Shown here: positions 23,987-34,943 of the stretch, in pieces | Position numbering within the stretch: the stretch's first letter is position 1 | How the letters are laid out: each line of letters begins with the position of its first letter | NCBI RefSeq assembly: GCF_052425735.1 | Contig: NC_135761.1 | Location: 8,990,001-9,054,000, forward strand | Direction of reading: 5' to 3' | Length of the DNA: 64,000 nt | From: Oculina patagonica | Lineage: Eukaryota | The notes under the pieces: model-generated | What the model was told of the DNA's origin: nothing | Databases searched by the model: none | Seen by the model: the letters and a program-made list of their open reading frames with translations, nothing else | Program-made: the position numbers and the translations under genes

Positions 23987-26068
23987 TTATTTTTTTGGAG
24001 TCCAACCTTTCTGAATAAACATCATGAGCTTCTTTTTGTGCAATGGATTTGAAATTCCAAGGTACTGCATCATTTCCGTATCCAGCTCTAGTAAAAAGTT
24101 GCCATCAATCGACTCCTCCACAAATCTATCCACATACGCGCTTAAGCCAAGCTTCATTAGCCATCCGGAGACTTCGGACACCGAGATGTCCTTCAAAAGT
24201 TCTTTGCCTTTGTCCCGCACCACTCCAGCATTGCGTTCTGCCTTATCAGGTCGCTCGCTTACTGCTGACATTTCCGCTTTACTAAGTGATTCGGCGTTTT
24301 GCGAAGTCAACTTAGTTGGGTTGTCTGGGTTGTCTTTACTTTCGCATGTCTTGAAACTGCTGGAATTTTGCAATGGTGAAGCAGGGTTCTGGGCTCTTAG
24401 CAGCTGTTTCTCTTCTGATTTCTGTTTGATCACATTTGGCGTTAGTTTGCCGTGTGGAAGAGGAGCGCTTTTCACGCTTTCCTTCACCGAAACGGCAGGA
24501 CTGACAGAATTACTTGGAGAGTTTGCCTTTGGAGGTGAAGCAAATTGAATATTCTCGATACTGTCGTAGTACTCCTCTGTTTCATCAGGTCCGGTGTTGT
24601 TGTTTATTACTGTTGGCGGTGCAGTGCAGTGGTGGGAGCTTGGTGGCTGTTCCCGTTCTATTGATTTTTGTCTAGAGCCATTTGGTTTCGGTTTGACAAG
24701 TGGAGAAGAAACCGGTTTCGCGCTTTCCTTTGGAACAACAGGCTTGATAGGTTTATTTGTAGGTGTTGGCTTAGAAGGTGAAACAGATTGGGTACCACTG
24801 ATACATCCTGTGTGGTCTCCTGCCAAATCAGGTCTGTTGTGGTGAGATGTTACTTCTGAGTTTGGGGGTTCATTGTGTTGTTCGATGTTTTGTGGCGTGG
24901 TGTTTGTTGTGTTGGCAATTGCCAATGGCGGAATTGATTGATGAGGTTTCTCTTTGTGTACATTGGGCTTTTTGGCAACTGGAGGAGGAGGACCCGGTTT
25001 CTCAGTTCCTTTTTGAACTTCAGAACTTGCAGTGTTTTTTGGAGGTTTTCGCTTGGGAGATGGAGCATATCGAGTTTCGCTGTCTGTTGTTTTTAATTTT
25101 GTATTTTGCTTTAAGTTTGATTCATTTAATTTCAATGGTGCTCTAGGTGGAACAGGAGGAATAAGCTCTTCGTAGATGTCGTCAGCTTGTGGTTCCTCGA
25201 TGTCTCGTTTGATATCTGCAATATCAAAGTTCCAAGATGCTTCTCCGTTTCCGCTTAAGATTGTCGACTCAATTTTCACTTTCTCTTCGATTAGTAGACA
25301 AATTTCGGTGAACAGCTTTTGGTCAAGGTTTAAACTCTCCTTTTGGACTCTTAATTCCAAGTCAATCGGAAGTTTCACAACTCTTAAATCCTTTCCAACC
25401 AAGGTAGAAACTATTAAAACTTTTTCCTGTACTATTTCTTTTAAAGTAACAAGTCCTTCTAACATCGTCCTCTTGTTTATGTTTGTTTCACCGAGTGGTT
25501 GTGTTCCAACTCGAACTCGCACTCGTGTAGGAAGGAGGTGTTGATCAATGACATCTCGCATAGTAGTCGGATTAACGTCTTCAAGAGTTTCAAAAGGTCC
25601 AACCTGGTCACCAGAGAGGGTTATTGAACGAGTTGTTCCTTGTACACTGCACTTGAGATCCATGTAGCCAGCAGCATTTGGCGATGTCTCTACAAGACGA
25701 AGTATGTCCCCGACTTTGACCCCACTTCGAGATATGTTCCCAAGCGAGCGAACATATTTCGGAAAGTCAGCAATAAGCTCTTCAACAGTTTTGTACTCGT
25801 CGCCGCATCTGTTCGGAATACTCTCAAATATTTTCTCCGGGTAGTTTAAAGGGATACAAAAGCGATTTCCTTTCTTGTCAAGAGCTAGAACCTGAGGTAC
25901 ATCCTTCATGGCGTGCAAGTGGACAATTTCGCCTTGAGACCACGATTGTTCCTCGTATTCATGATCGTATCCTTCGACAATTTGTACAGTTGCAGGGAGA
26001 TCACAGTCTGTCAAGAACTCACAAAGCAAAGAGGAATCGAGCAGGCTCATGTCTGGATTATAAGGCAT
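23987..26068 (-). CDS. Gene D1: CABIT + Pro-rich linker + SAM adaptor
   Basis: 693 aa, with core LKC-x8-ITLSGDQVGPF, DIYEEL followed by PPVPPR, and the C-terminal SAM SVSEVSGWLMKLGLSAYVDRFVEESIDGNFLLELD...LGISNPLHKKKL. Confidence 0.85.
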   Translation of the reverse strand: MPYNPDMSLLDSSLLCEFLTDCDLPATVQIVEGYDHEYEEQSWSQGEIVHLHAMKDVPQVLALDKKGNRFCIPLNYPEKIFESIPNRCGDEYKTVEELIADFPKYVRSLGNISRSGVKVGDILRLVETSPNAAGYMDLKCSVQGTTRSITLSGDQVGPFETLEDVNPTTMRDVIDQHLLPTRVRVRVGTQPLGETNINKRTMLEGLVTLKEIVQEKVLIVSTLVGKDLRVVKLPIDLELRVQKESLNLDQKLFTEICLLIEEKVKIESTILSGNGEASWNFDIADIKRDIEEPQADDIYEELIPPVPPRAPLKLNESNLKQNTKLKTTDSETRYAPSPKRKPPKNTASSEVQKGTEKPGPPPPVAKKPNVHKEKPHQSIPPLAIANTTNTTPQNIEQHNEPPNSEVTSHHNRPDLAGDHTGCISGTQSVSPSKPTPTNKPIKPVVPKESAKPVSSPLVKPKPNGSRQKSIEREQPPSSHHCTAPPTVINNNTGPDETEEYYDSIENIQFASPPKANSPSNSVSPAVSVKESVKSAPLPHGKLTPNVIKQKSEEKQLLRAQNPASPLQNSSSFKTCESKDNPDNPTKLTSQNAESLSKAEMSAVSERPDKAERNAGVVRDKGKELLKDISVSEVSGWLMKLGLSAYVDRFVEESIDGNFLLELDTEMMQYLGISNPLHKKKLMMFIQKGWTPKK

Positions 26069-26847
26069 TATTACTCATTTCAAAAGCGCTTCCGTCTGTA
26101 AGCAACTCTGAATTTGTTATTCGTGTATCCAGTATTTATTTCAGATTATAATCATCGCGTGACACTCATAACAAAATGCTTCAGGGGGTGTCCCGATACC
26201 TTTTCTCGGCAATAAACTTATCACTTGGCCAGATGTTTTGACGGGTAAATCACATTAATTTAACAACTAGATTGTTTCGTCCTCAAAGCAAACTATATTT
26301 TAGTATTCACCTTGCGTTATCTCGAGTATATTTGTCACGTGATCAAAATTCATACAGATCTTGATATTAGCTGGCAAACTCACACTTATTTATCACCTAC
26401 AAGTAAATCTTGTACATGAAAACGTGCATTCCATCGAAACAAAGAAACACCTAAAACATCTTTCTATCCTCTCAGCAATTTCATTACGAGACAGATGGGA
26501 AAAAAGGATCAATATTTAGCACATTATTATTGGCAACGTTTTTTCAATTTCGTTAACTGATTAAACTGAGTAATGTTGAGTACGGCATAATTCTGTATTG
26601 CCACTCTTTTTAGGCATAACAGTGCTACTTCATAACTAAAACCATGACCGAGCACATGCAGTGAAACAACGTAGCTCTCTCTCTCCCGACTTGCAACTAG
26701 AACAGTACTGTTTTGACTACTGATCACCAGTGCGTGATAAAAATTGTTTACCAATTTTAAAATGCGCATACATTGCCATCTTCACAGATGACTGACGTGA
26801 ATGAGCCGAGTCCTAGTTTTTATTGTCTGACTTGACGAGTTTGCAGT
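26069..26847. promoter_or_regulatory. Candidate bidirectional promoter between D1 (-) and C2 (+); chimeric
   Basis: 779 bp between divergent starts. D-side sequence is joined at 26308-26309 (CA microhomology) to the E/C spacer. Contains GTCACGTGA and TGACGT. Confidence 0.45.
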
Positions 26848-28131
26848 ATGGAAGGTTTTAAGACTGAAACTATCGGCTGGAGTGATCAACCTTGTACCCT
26901 GAAGACTTTTGTAACCCGTTACAATCTTCCACAACTGGTAAAAGTCGAAGACGGATTCTATAGCGAGGACGATGGTGAGACACTTTCAGCAGATGACATT
27001 CTTATGCTACACTCCATAAAACGAACTCAAAACCTAATCGTAAAAGACGCCAATCACAAGGAGTATCTTCTACCACTTAATAGTCCCTGTAAAGTTGAAA
27101 TACTTCCTAAACTATGCCAGGACAGGTATGACAGCGTGGAAGATGTTGTGGATTCCTGGACTCATTCGGCTGATTTCAAGTTCATTCGTGTCGCTAAAGT
27201 TTATTCTTGTTCACCTTCGTTGCGCATTAGAGCAGGAGACATCTTGGAACCGAGAAGGACCGTCACAGAAAACCATGTAAAGTTTCTACAATGTGTGTTT
27301 TATGGCCGGACTGAGTACCTTGTGAATCTTCCTTTCAATGTCAAAGCTGCTTTTGAACCCTTAGCCAGTAGAGAACCAGTCCAGTTCGAAGACATCCTGC
27401 ACTCGTTTGAGCTTCCTGTTCGAGTGAAATTCACTTCATCCTGCGACACCACGACACAAGATGCAAACAGCAACAACATTGACTTCCAGTCACTCGGCCC
27501 AGTTTTTTTACAAGAACTTCAACAGGGCACTCCGACAGCAATTATTGCAACACTTCGTGACGTCGATATGACACCGGTCGCAGATTTAACGATCCCAATA
27601 GATATGGATGTAAATGTGTGTCCTGCACGTGAAGCTGTGATAGGCAATGAAGACTATGACAGAATCTGCGAAGAAATCCACCACGGAACTGAGCACACAA
27701 AGGTAAACCTCTATGAAAATGGTTGTAAATCTTTTGAAGAACCCACTGAAGACCCTGTGGTGGATGTTGACCATGAGTACGAAAGCGTAAAGCCTCTGCC
27801 ACCAAAACCCAAGCCTAAGCCAAATCGCAGGCCTGTTCCAACGTATGAAAACCTGATGAATGACGATGTGTTAGAGGCACCGAAAGAAGGCCCATCCAAT
27901 TATGAAGGGGCATCACCTCATGATTGTAAGGAAGACAGCAAATATAATGTAGAAGATGACGAGGAAGATACATACCCTAGTTCAGATTGTGACTCTGACG
28001 AAGATTATATCTTTGTTGAACCGATACATAATGAGCAAATCTACCCATCCAATATTGACGCTGATGACGAGACACCACCACCTCGCCCTCGTCGAGTTGA
28101 ATCACTTAGCCGCTATAAAGATAACCAGTGA
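26848..28131 (+). CDS. Gene C2: CABIT adaptor without SAM
   Basis: 427 aa, near-identical to C1. Confidence 0.82.
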   Translation: MEGFKTETIGWSDQPCTLKTFVTRYNLPQLVKVEDGFYSEDDGETLSADDILMLHSIKRTQNLIVKDANHKEYLLPLNSPCKVEILPKLCQDRYDSVEDVVDSWTHSADFKFIRVAKVYSCSPSLRIRAGDILEPRRTVTENHVKFLQCVFYGRTEYLVNLPFNVKAAFEPLASREPVQFEDILHSFELPVRVKFTSSCDTTTQDANSNNIDFQSLGPVFLQELQQGTPTAIIATLRDVDMTPVADLTIPIDMDVNVCPAREAVIGNEDYDRICEEIHHGTEHTKVNLYENGCKSFEEPTEDPVVDVDHEYESVKPLPPKPKPKPNRRPVPTYENLMNDDVLEAPKEGPSNYEGASPHDCKEDSKYNVEDDEEDTYPSSDCDSDEDYIFVEPIHNEQIYPSNIDADDETPPPRPRRVESLSRYKDNQ

Positions 28132-30696
28132 AAACGCACCCAAACGTCAGCAAGAAAAGCGCAACCGAGGTAAAACTTAAAGAAGAAAATCTCTAACAAG
28201 CCTTATTCGAAATATTTTCAAAAAGACCTCTTTAAACTACCCTCGGACCCTTTTGCCTATCGTTGATCCATAGCCTGCGTGCAGGCTCCCAATCTGAAGA
28301 AGAAGGGTTTTCACCTAATCCTCGACCAGAGAGCGTGTTCACAGGCAATTAATCCAGGACTTCTCAAGCCGCAGTTGCTCCAACACGCCGGTCTCGTCGG
28401 TCTCGACCATTGTCTGAAGTATGGCATGGCCAGCGTACAGTCTGCAGATACTGTTTCTCGGGTCTGATATCATCCTAGCATTAACAGTGAAGACTGTATA
28501 TACCTTTCTTCCGCCTATTTTCTTGTCAGGAGTAAAAGGTTATCAGGGCTTAGAAGACTTACGAATGCTGACACGTTTAAAAGAGACCTTGTTGATGTAC
28601 GGTGTCTCTATCGATCAGCAAACAATTTCTTATGTTATACTTCAGTCGATGATTTTTGTGTTAATTTGGCATATACAGATGTAATTTAATTTCGCTTTGT
28701 CTTTGCCCTAGCAAAATGATCAAAGTATTTTTTTTTCTTCTAAGTGTTGAATGAAAGTGTTCGAACTAGGGCCGCGGCTAAGCGATTAGCCAAGTTTATT
28801 CAACATGATGCTAGATAAAAGTGTTTGATCGTTTAGCCAAAACTTTCTGCATTTTGTTTATACCTTTCAATGTATCTCCTTGTGAACGTCTTTTAAAAGA
28901 GTGATTTCTGACGAAAACTGTATGTATGCCTTTGATTTCTTTATCACGTAGGCAAAATAGTTTAAAAATACCATTCACATATTAGATTAGCGTATAGGTT
29001 CCAATTCTGGATTCTCTTAAATGTTTTGTTGATATATCTGCATTTTAGTTTGTGAACAGCTTCCAAATATGATTTATTAGCGACCCAGATATACCTTTGT
29101 GTTTCTAGTAAACAAAATACATTTATGTCGTAAGTGAAATCTGTTTATTAGTTTAAAACCTTCTAATGAAGTACAGTTTAAGTGTTACCCTACTTCCTCA
29201 ATTTCTATAGAATTTCATTTACAATGTTTATTTTGGCTACCACTTTTCTAGTTCACTGAATATTTTGCTAGCTATTTTAGTGTAGTTTTAATTCTTTCTT
29301 TATATTGTTCAGCTATGCAGCATGTCTATTTATTTCCTGTATTGCAACTGAGATCTCCTAGCTGATAAGTTCAAGTCGATAAATCGTATAAACATATTTG
29401 AATGCATATTGCCATTGGTAATGGAATATCTGTAGAGAGTAGAAATGTTATAGTACAAGTTAATAACACATCAGAAAACTTACTAAGCTGTGTTTAAGCA
29501 ATTGGAAATGAATCATCCTCACTTAGATTAAGTGTTGCTACTTGTAATTAAGTAAAAACAAGGTGAATATAGATTTAATAATCTCTAAATTGCGGATAGA
29601 AAGTTAACTTAATGAAATGATACTCAAAGCTAGATACGATTACACAAGCCTATTTGAAAAAAACTGATGTTTCAACTGCATAATTAGCTTACTTTACATT
29701 ATTATGCAATGGACAAACTATACTGAACATACATTCTCCTTGTTTAGTATATACAGTAACTTTGGTCATATTTATAGGTCGCACATTATTACAAGAAATA
29801 ATCAAAAAAGCTTTACCAGCTTCTCAGGATCCTTCAAAGTAAATTAAACCTCAACAGATATTTTCTCAAGTCAGTCCAAAAGTCAAGACGTTCCGCAACA
29901 GCGGTCCACCATGCTGCGCAATAACGTCTTTGTCAACTGACCAATCGGTACCATAATTATATCTAAGCCTTTCAATATTGACCGCGTACGTCAATCAAAA
30001 TATTGCTTCCGGGGGTCTCACGCTTTTTTTTGCCTCATCAAAATTTTGTGTCTGTCTGATCTTTTACTTGAGGAAATAAACCATACGATCTTGTTGTTAA
30101 ACCACAATAAGAAAGAGTTTTGTTGAATCAAATCATGTCTGATCAAACATATATTGTACACCTCTACTGTCATTCCGCTTCTCCTACACCCCCTCCCCCA
30201 ACCCATCAACCCTCGCCCTTCCCCTCTCCCCCCGTCTTTATCATGACCATTCGGCCATATGACAATTCTTGCCTAATTCAGTAATTTCTTTCGAACTAAG
30301 TGAGCTGAAACGAAAAAAATTTAGCTAGCACTGTGTGGAACTTCAATGATTATTGAATAAGTGGATGAGTTGTTGAGATAATAACAATCCGAAACAATCC
30401 TAGTAATTCGGCTTTATGATCTCTATAGCTACTGGCAGTACGATATAAAAAGATAGCTAACTCGGCATTGTGCAGAATAGATTTTTTCAATTATTATCCC
30501 AGAATAGATTTTTTCAAACACAACTGTCAACATTTTCTTTGTCAATAAAGCGCCTAAAGCAGGCCTGGATAAGCGCTATCTAAATATTTTTAACAACCAA
30601 CTTCTACGAATGCCAACTGCATAATTAACATCGGTGCAGCAAGAACTTTGATTTTTCTCTACAAAACAATGTCAGTGAAACAAATAAAGTTTTAGC

Positions 30697-32778
30697 TTAT
30701 TTTTTTGGAGTCCAACCTTTCTGGATAAACATCATGAGCTTCTTTTTGTGCAATGGATTTGAAATTCCAAGGTACTGCATCATTTCCGTATCCAGCTCTA
30801 GTAAAAAGTTGCCGTCAATCGACTCCTTCACAAATCTATCCACATACGCGCTTAAGCCAAGCTTCATTAGCCATCCGGAGACTTCGGACACCGAGATGTC
30901 CTTCAAATGTTCTTTGCCTTTGTCTTGCACCACTCCAGCATCGCGTTCTGCCTTATCAAGTCGCTCGCTTACTGCTGACATTTCTGCTTTACTATGTGAT
31001 TCGGCGTTTTGCGAAGTCAACTTAGTTGGGTTGTCTGGGTTGTCTTTACTTTCGCATGTCTTGAAACTGCTGGAATTTTGCAATGGCGGAGCAGGGTTCT
31101 GGGCTCTTGGCAGCTGTTTCTCTTCTGATTTCTGTTTGATCACATTTGGCGTTAGTTTGCCGTGTGGAAGAGGAGCGCTTTTCAAGCTTTCCTTCAGCGA
31201 AACGGCAGGACTTACAGAATTACTTGGAGAGTTTGCCTTTGGAGGTGAAGCAAATTGAATATTCTCGATACTGTCGTAGTACTCCTCTGTTTCATCAGGT
31301 CCGTTGTTGTTGTTTATTACTGTTGGTGGTGCAGTGCAGTGGTGGGAGCTTGGTGGCTGTTCCCGTTCTAGTGCTTTTTGCCTGGAGCCATTTGGTTTCG
31401 GTTTGACAAGTGGAGAGGAAACCGGTTTCGCGCTTTCCTTTGGAACAGCAGGTTTGATAGGTTTATTTGCAGTTTTTAGCTTAGAAGGTGAAACAGATTG
31501 GGTACCACTGATACATCCGGTGTGGTCTCCTGCCTCATCAGGTCTGTTGTGGTGAGATGTTACTTCTGAGTTTGGGGGTTCATTGTGTTGTTCGATGTTT
31601 TGTGGCGTGGTGTTTGTTGTGTTGGCAATTGCCAATGGCGGAATTGATTGATGAGGTTTCTCTTTGTGTACATTGGGCTTTTTGGCAACTGGAGGAGGAG
31701 GACCCGGTTTCTCAGTTCCTTTTTGAACTTCAGAACTTGCAGTGTTTTTTGGAGGTTTTCGCTTGGGAGATGGAGCATATCGAGTTTCGCTGTCTGTTGT
31801 TTTTAATTTTGTATTTTGCTTTAAGTTTGATTCATTTAATTTCAATGGTGCTCTAGGTGGAACAGGAGGAATAAGCTCTTCGTAGATGTCGTCAGCTTGT
31901 GGTTCCTCGATGTCTCGTTTGATATCTGCAATATCAAAGTTCCAAGATGCTTCTCCGTTTCCGCTTAAGATTGTCGACTCAATTTTCACTTTCTCTTCGA
32001 TTAGTAGACAAATTTCGGTGAACAGCTTTTGGTCAAGGTTTAAACTCTCTTTTTGGACTCTTAATTCCAAGTCAATCGGAAGTTTCACAACTCTTAAATC
32101 CTTTCCAACCAAGGTAGAAACTATTAAAACTTTTTCCTGTACTATTTCTTTTAAAGTAACAAGTCCTTCTAACATCGTCCTCTTGTTTATGTTTGTTTCA
32201 CCGAGTGGTTGTGTTCCAACTCGAACTCGCACTCGTGTAGGAAGGAGGTGTTGATCAATGACATCTCGCATAGTAGTCGGATTAATGTCTTCAAGAGTTT
32301 CAAAAGGTCCAACCTGGTCACCAGAGAGGGTTATTGAACGAGTTGATCCTTTTACCCAGCACTTTAGCTCCATGACGCCAGCAGCATTTGGTGATGTCTC
32401 TACAAGACGAAGTATGTCCCCGACTTTGACCCCACTTCGAGATATGTTCCCAAGCGAGCGAACATATTTCGGAAATTCAGCAATAAGCTCTTCAACAGTT
32501 TTGTACTCGTCGCCGCATCTGTTCGGAATACTCTCAAATATTTTCTCCGGGTAGTTTAAAGGGATACAAAAGCGATTTCCTTTCTTGTCAAGAGCTAGAA
32601 CCTGAGGTACATCCTTCATGGCGTGCAAGTAAACAATTTCGCCTTGAGACCACGATTGTTCCTCGTATTCATGATCGTATCCTTCGACAATTTGAACAGT
32701 TGCAGGGAGATCACAGTCTGTCAAGAACTCGCAAAGCAAAGAGGAATCGAGCAGGCTCATGTCTGGATTATACGGCAT
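30697..32778 (-). CDS. Gene D2: CABIT + SAM adaptor
   Basis: 693 aa, near-identical to D1 apart from clustered differences. Confidence 0.85.
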   Translation of the reverse strand: MPYNPDMSLLDSSLLCEFLTDCDLPATVQIVEGYDHEYEEQSWSQGEIVYLHAMKDVPQVLALDKKGNRFCIPLNYPEKIFESIPNRCGDEYKTVEELIAEFPKYVRSLGNISRSGVKVGDILRLVETSPNAAGVMELKCWVKGSTRSITLSGDQVGPFETLEDINPTTMRDVIDQHLLPTRVRVRVGTQPLGETNINKRTMLEGLVTLKEIVQEKVLIVSTLVGKDLRVVKLPIDLELRVQKESLNLDQKLFTEICLLIEEKVKIESTILSGNGEASWNFDIADIKRDIEEPQADDIYEELIPPVPPRAPLKLNESNLKQNTKLKTTDSETRYAPSPKRKPPKNTASSEVQKGTEKPGPPPPVAKKPNVHKEKPHQSIPPLAIANTTNTTPQNIEQHNEPPNSEVTSHHNRPDEAGDHTGCISGTQSVSPSKLKTANKPIKPAVPKESAKPVSSPLVKPKPNGSRQKALEREQPPSSHHCTAPPTVINNNNGPDETEEYYDSIENIQFASPPKANSPSNSVSPAVSLKESLKSAPLPHGKLTPNVIKQKSEEKQLPRAQNPAPPLQNSSSFKTCESKDNPDNPTKLTSQNAESHSKAEMSAVSERLDKAERDAGVVQDKGKEHLKDISVSEVSGWLMKLGLSAYVDRFVKESIDGNFLLELDTEMMQYLGISNPLHKKKLMMFIQKGWTPKK

Positions 32779-33015
32779 TATTACTCATTTCAAAAGCGCT
32801 TCCGTCTGTAAGCAACTCTGAATTTGTTATTCGTGTATCCAGTATTTATTTCAGATTAAAATCATCGCGTGACACTCATAACAAAGTGCCTCAGGGGGTA
32901 TCTCGATACCTTTCCTCGGCAATAAACTTATCACTTGGCCAGATGTTTTGACGGGTAAATCACATTAATTTAACAACTAGATTGTTTCGTTCTCGAAGCA
33001 AACTATATTTTAGTA

Positions 33016-33515
33016 NNNNNNNNNNNNNNNNNNNNNNNNNNNNNNNNNNNNNNNNNNNNNNNNNNNNNNNNNNNNNNNNNNNNNNNNNNNNNNNNNNNNN
33101 NNNNNNNNNNNNNNNNNNNNNNNNNNNNNNNNNNNNNNNNNNNNNNNNNNNNNNNNNNNNNNNNNNNNNNNNNNNNNNNNNNNNNNNNNNNNNNNNNNNN
33201 NNNNNNNNNNNNNNNNNNNNNNNNNNNNNNNNNNNNNNNNNNNNNNNNNNNNNNNNNNNNNNNNNNNNNNNNNNNNNNNNNNNNNNNNNNNNNNNNNNNN
33301 NNNNNNNNNNNNNNNNNNNNNNNNNNNNNNNNNNNNNNNNNNNNNNNNNNNNNNNNNNNNNNNNNNNNNNNNNNNNNNNNNNNNNNNNNNNNNNNNNNNN
33401 NNNNNNNNNNNNNNNNNNNNNNNNNNNNNNNNNNNNNNNNNNNNNNNNNNNNNNNNNNNNNNNNNNNNNNNNNNNNNNNNNNNNNNNNNNNNNNNNNNNN
33501 NNNNNNNNNNNNNNN
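33016..33515. other. Assembly gap (500 N)
   Basis: Run of exactly 500 N, probably a placeholder size. Confidence 0.99.
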
Positions 33516-34234
33516 AGAAGTATTCTTATTTATAATCACGACCATAAAACAAACAAAGCGGGTGTGCAGCTCGTACTATGAGTCCGAGTATTTAATGCCG
33601 TCCTCATCAAGTACATTGCTCAAACACACAAAACTGAAACACTACTCGGACAACAAGCCTATGCGCCGCCTGGTACAAAAACCCAAAAACCTATTGGGGA
33701 AAACTGAAAAGTACTTCCCGACCAAACGCAGGCGCGTGAAACTTTGGGGGTTATTAAAGGTAAAGTACAAAGATAACAAAAGTGTATAAAACAAAAGTTG
33801 TAAAGTTCGTGAGCTGAGATGCATACATTACTCAATTATCAATCCCTATATACGTTACAACAATAGAGTCAATTAACGCGATAACGGCTCACGTGCGTTT
33901 ATACCAATAAGAAATTATATACATGCTCTGTCATTACCACTCACAGTTTAGTTCCGCCGAATGTAAATACATAAGTCTCGTAGCTGTAAGTTTGTTTTTC
34001 TAAACCAATAAAAAAGGCCTTGTCCCCTTTCCGTTTGCATGTGATATTCACAAAGGAAGAATCTCAAGTTCATATAGTTGAGCATGGTATCATTTAGTCT
34101 TGGCCTTCGAAACCAACGTGGACGACAGTGCGGAAAGCAGTACAGAGACTTCAAGTAAAAAGAAAAGCGGCGAAGATACTGCGTTACAGGAGCGCAGAAA
34201 AAACACTAAGAAAAAACACTAAGAACAACTCTTA

Positions 34235-34943
34235 GGGCCTGTTTACATGGAAGGCGGGTGCCCCGGCTAACCGAGTTACCCGGCCAAGCGAGCTACCCTG
34301 GGCGAGCCAACTTTTCATACGTTTCTTTAGAAAACGTATTGAAGCCTTTACATGCTAGACGGGTAACCCGCCTTGCCGGGGCACTCGGTCTACTTGCCCG
34401 GGGCACCCTTCTAGGCGGGATAGCTTTTTGCCATGTAAACGGTTTATCCCGGCTTGCCGGGATAAGTCTTCGCGTGTGTTTTTAAACTAAATTTGAAGTA
34501 AAGGGTATCAAATGTATAAATTCTGGACCCAAACAGTGCTATTTGATCAAAATTGGTTTTATCGGTCGGCTGGGAAATATTTCTTCGAGCTACAGCTAAT
34601 TAATTCGAAATTTTCATGGGAATGATTGTCCTAATTTACGAAACAACAAATTCAATTTCAATTTGGCGGCAAAAGACTGTTAAATTTCGATAGAATTCCC
34701 TCAAAAATGAACGCAGTAAATTTCTAAGAACTTGCACATCAAAGTAAAATAGATTTGAAGACGGCCAGCTATGATTATTCCGTAAAAAGTCACATTTTTC
34801 TTCGATCATTTGGAGCTTCGTGGTTTTCCCACGCCGTGACACGCTTCAGTGACGCTGTCTCAACTCGGGTAGAAGGGCTGTAAATTCTGCATGTAAAGGC
34901 GGGCTATGTTTCATCCCTTCTAGCCGGGTAACTCGGTTAGCCG
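34235..34943. mobile_element. PIF/Harbinger-type MITE with 3' end deleted, inserted in the THAP relic
   Basis: Starts after TTA with GGGCCTGTTTACATGG and is homologous to 40749-41508. The outer 3' TIR and a few flanking bases are missing. The empty site is at about 10814. Confidence 0.85.

Noticed and set aside
32982-33581. ORFs spanning the N run
   Set aside because: Artefacts of the assembly gap.
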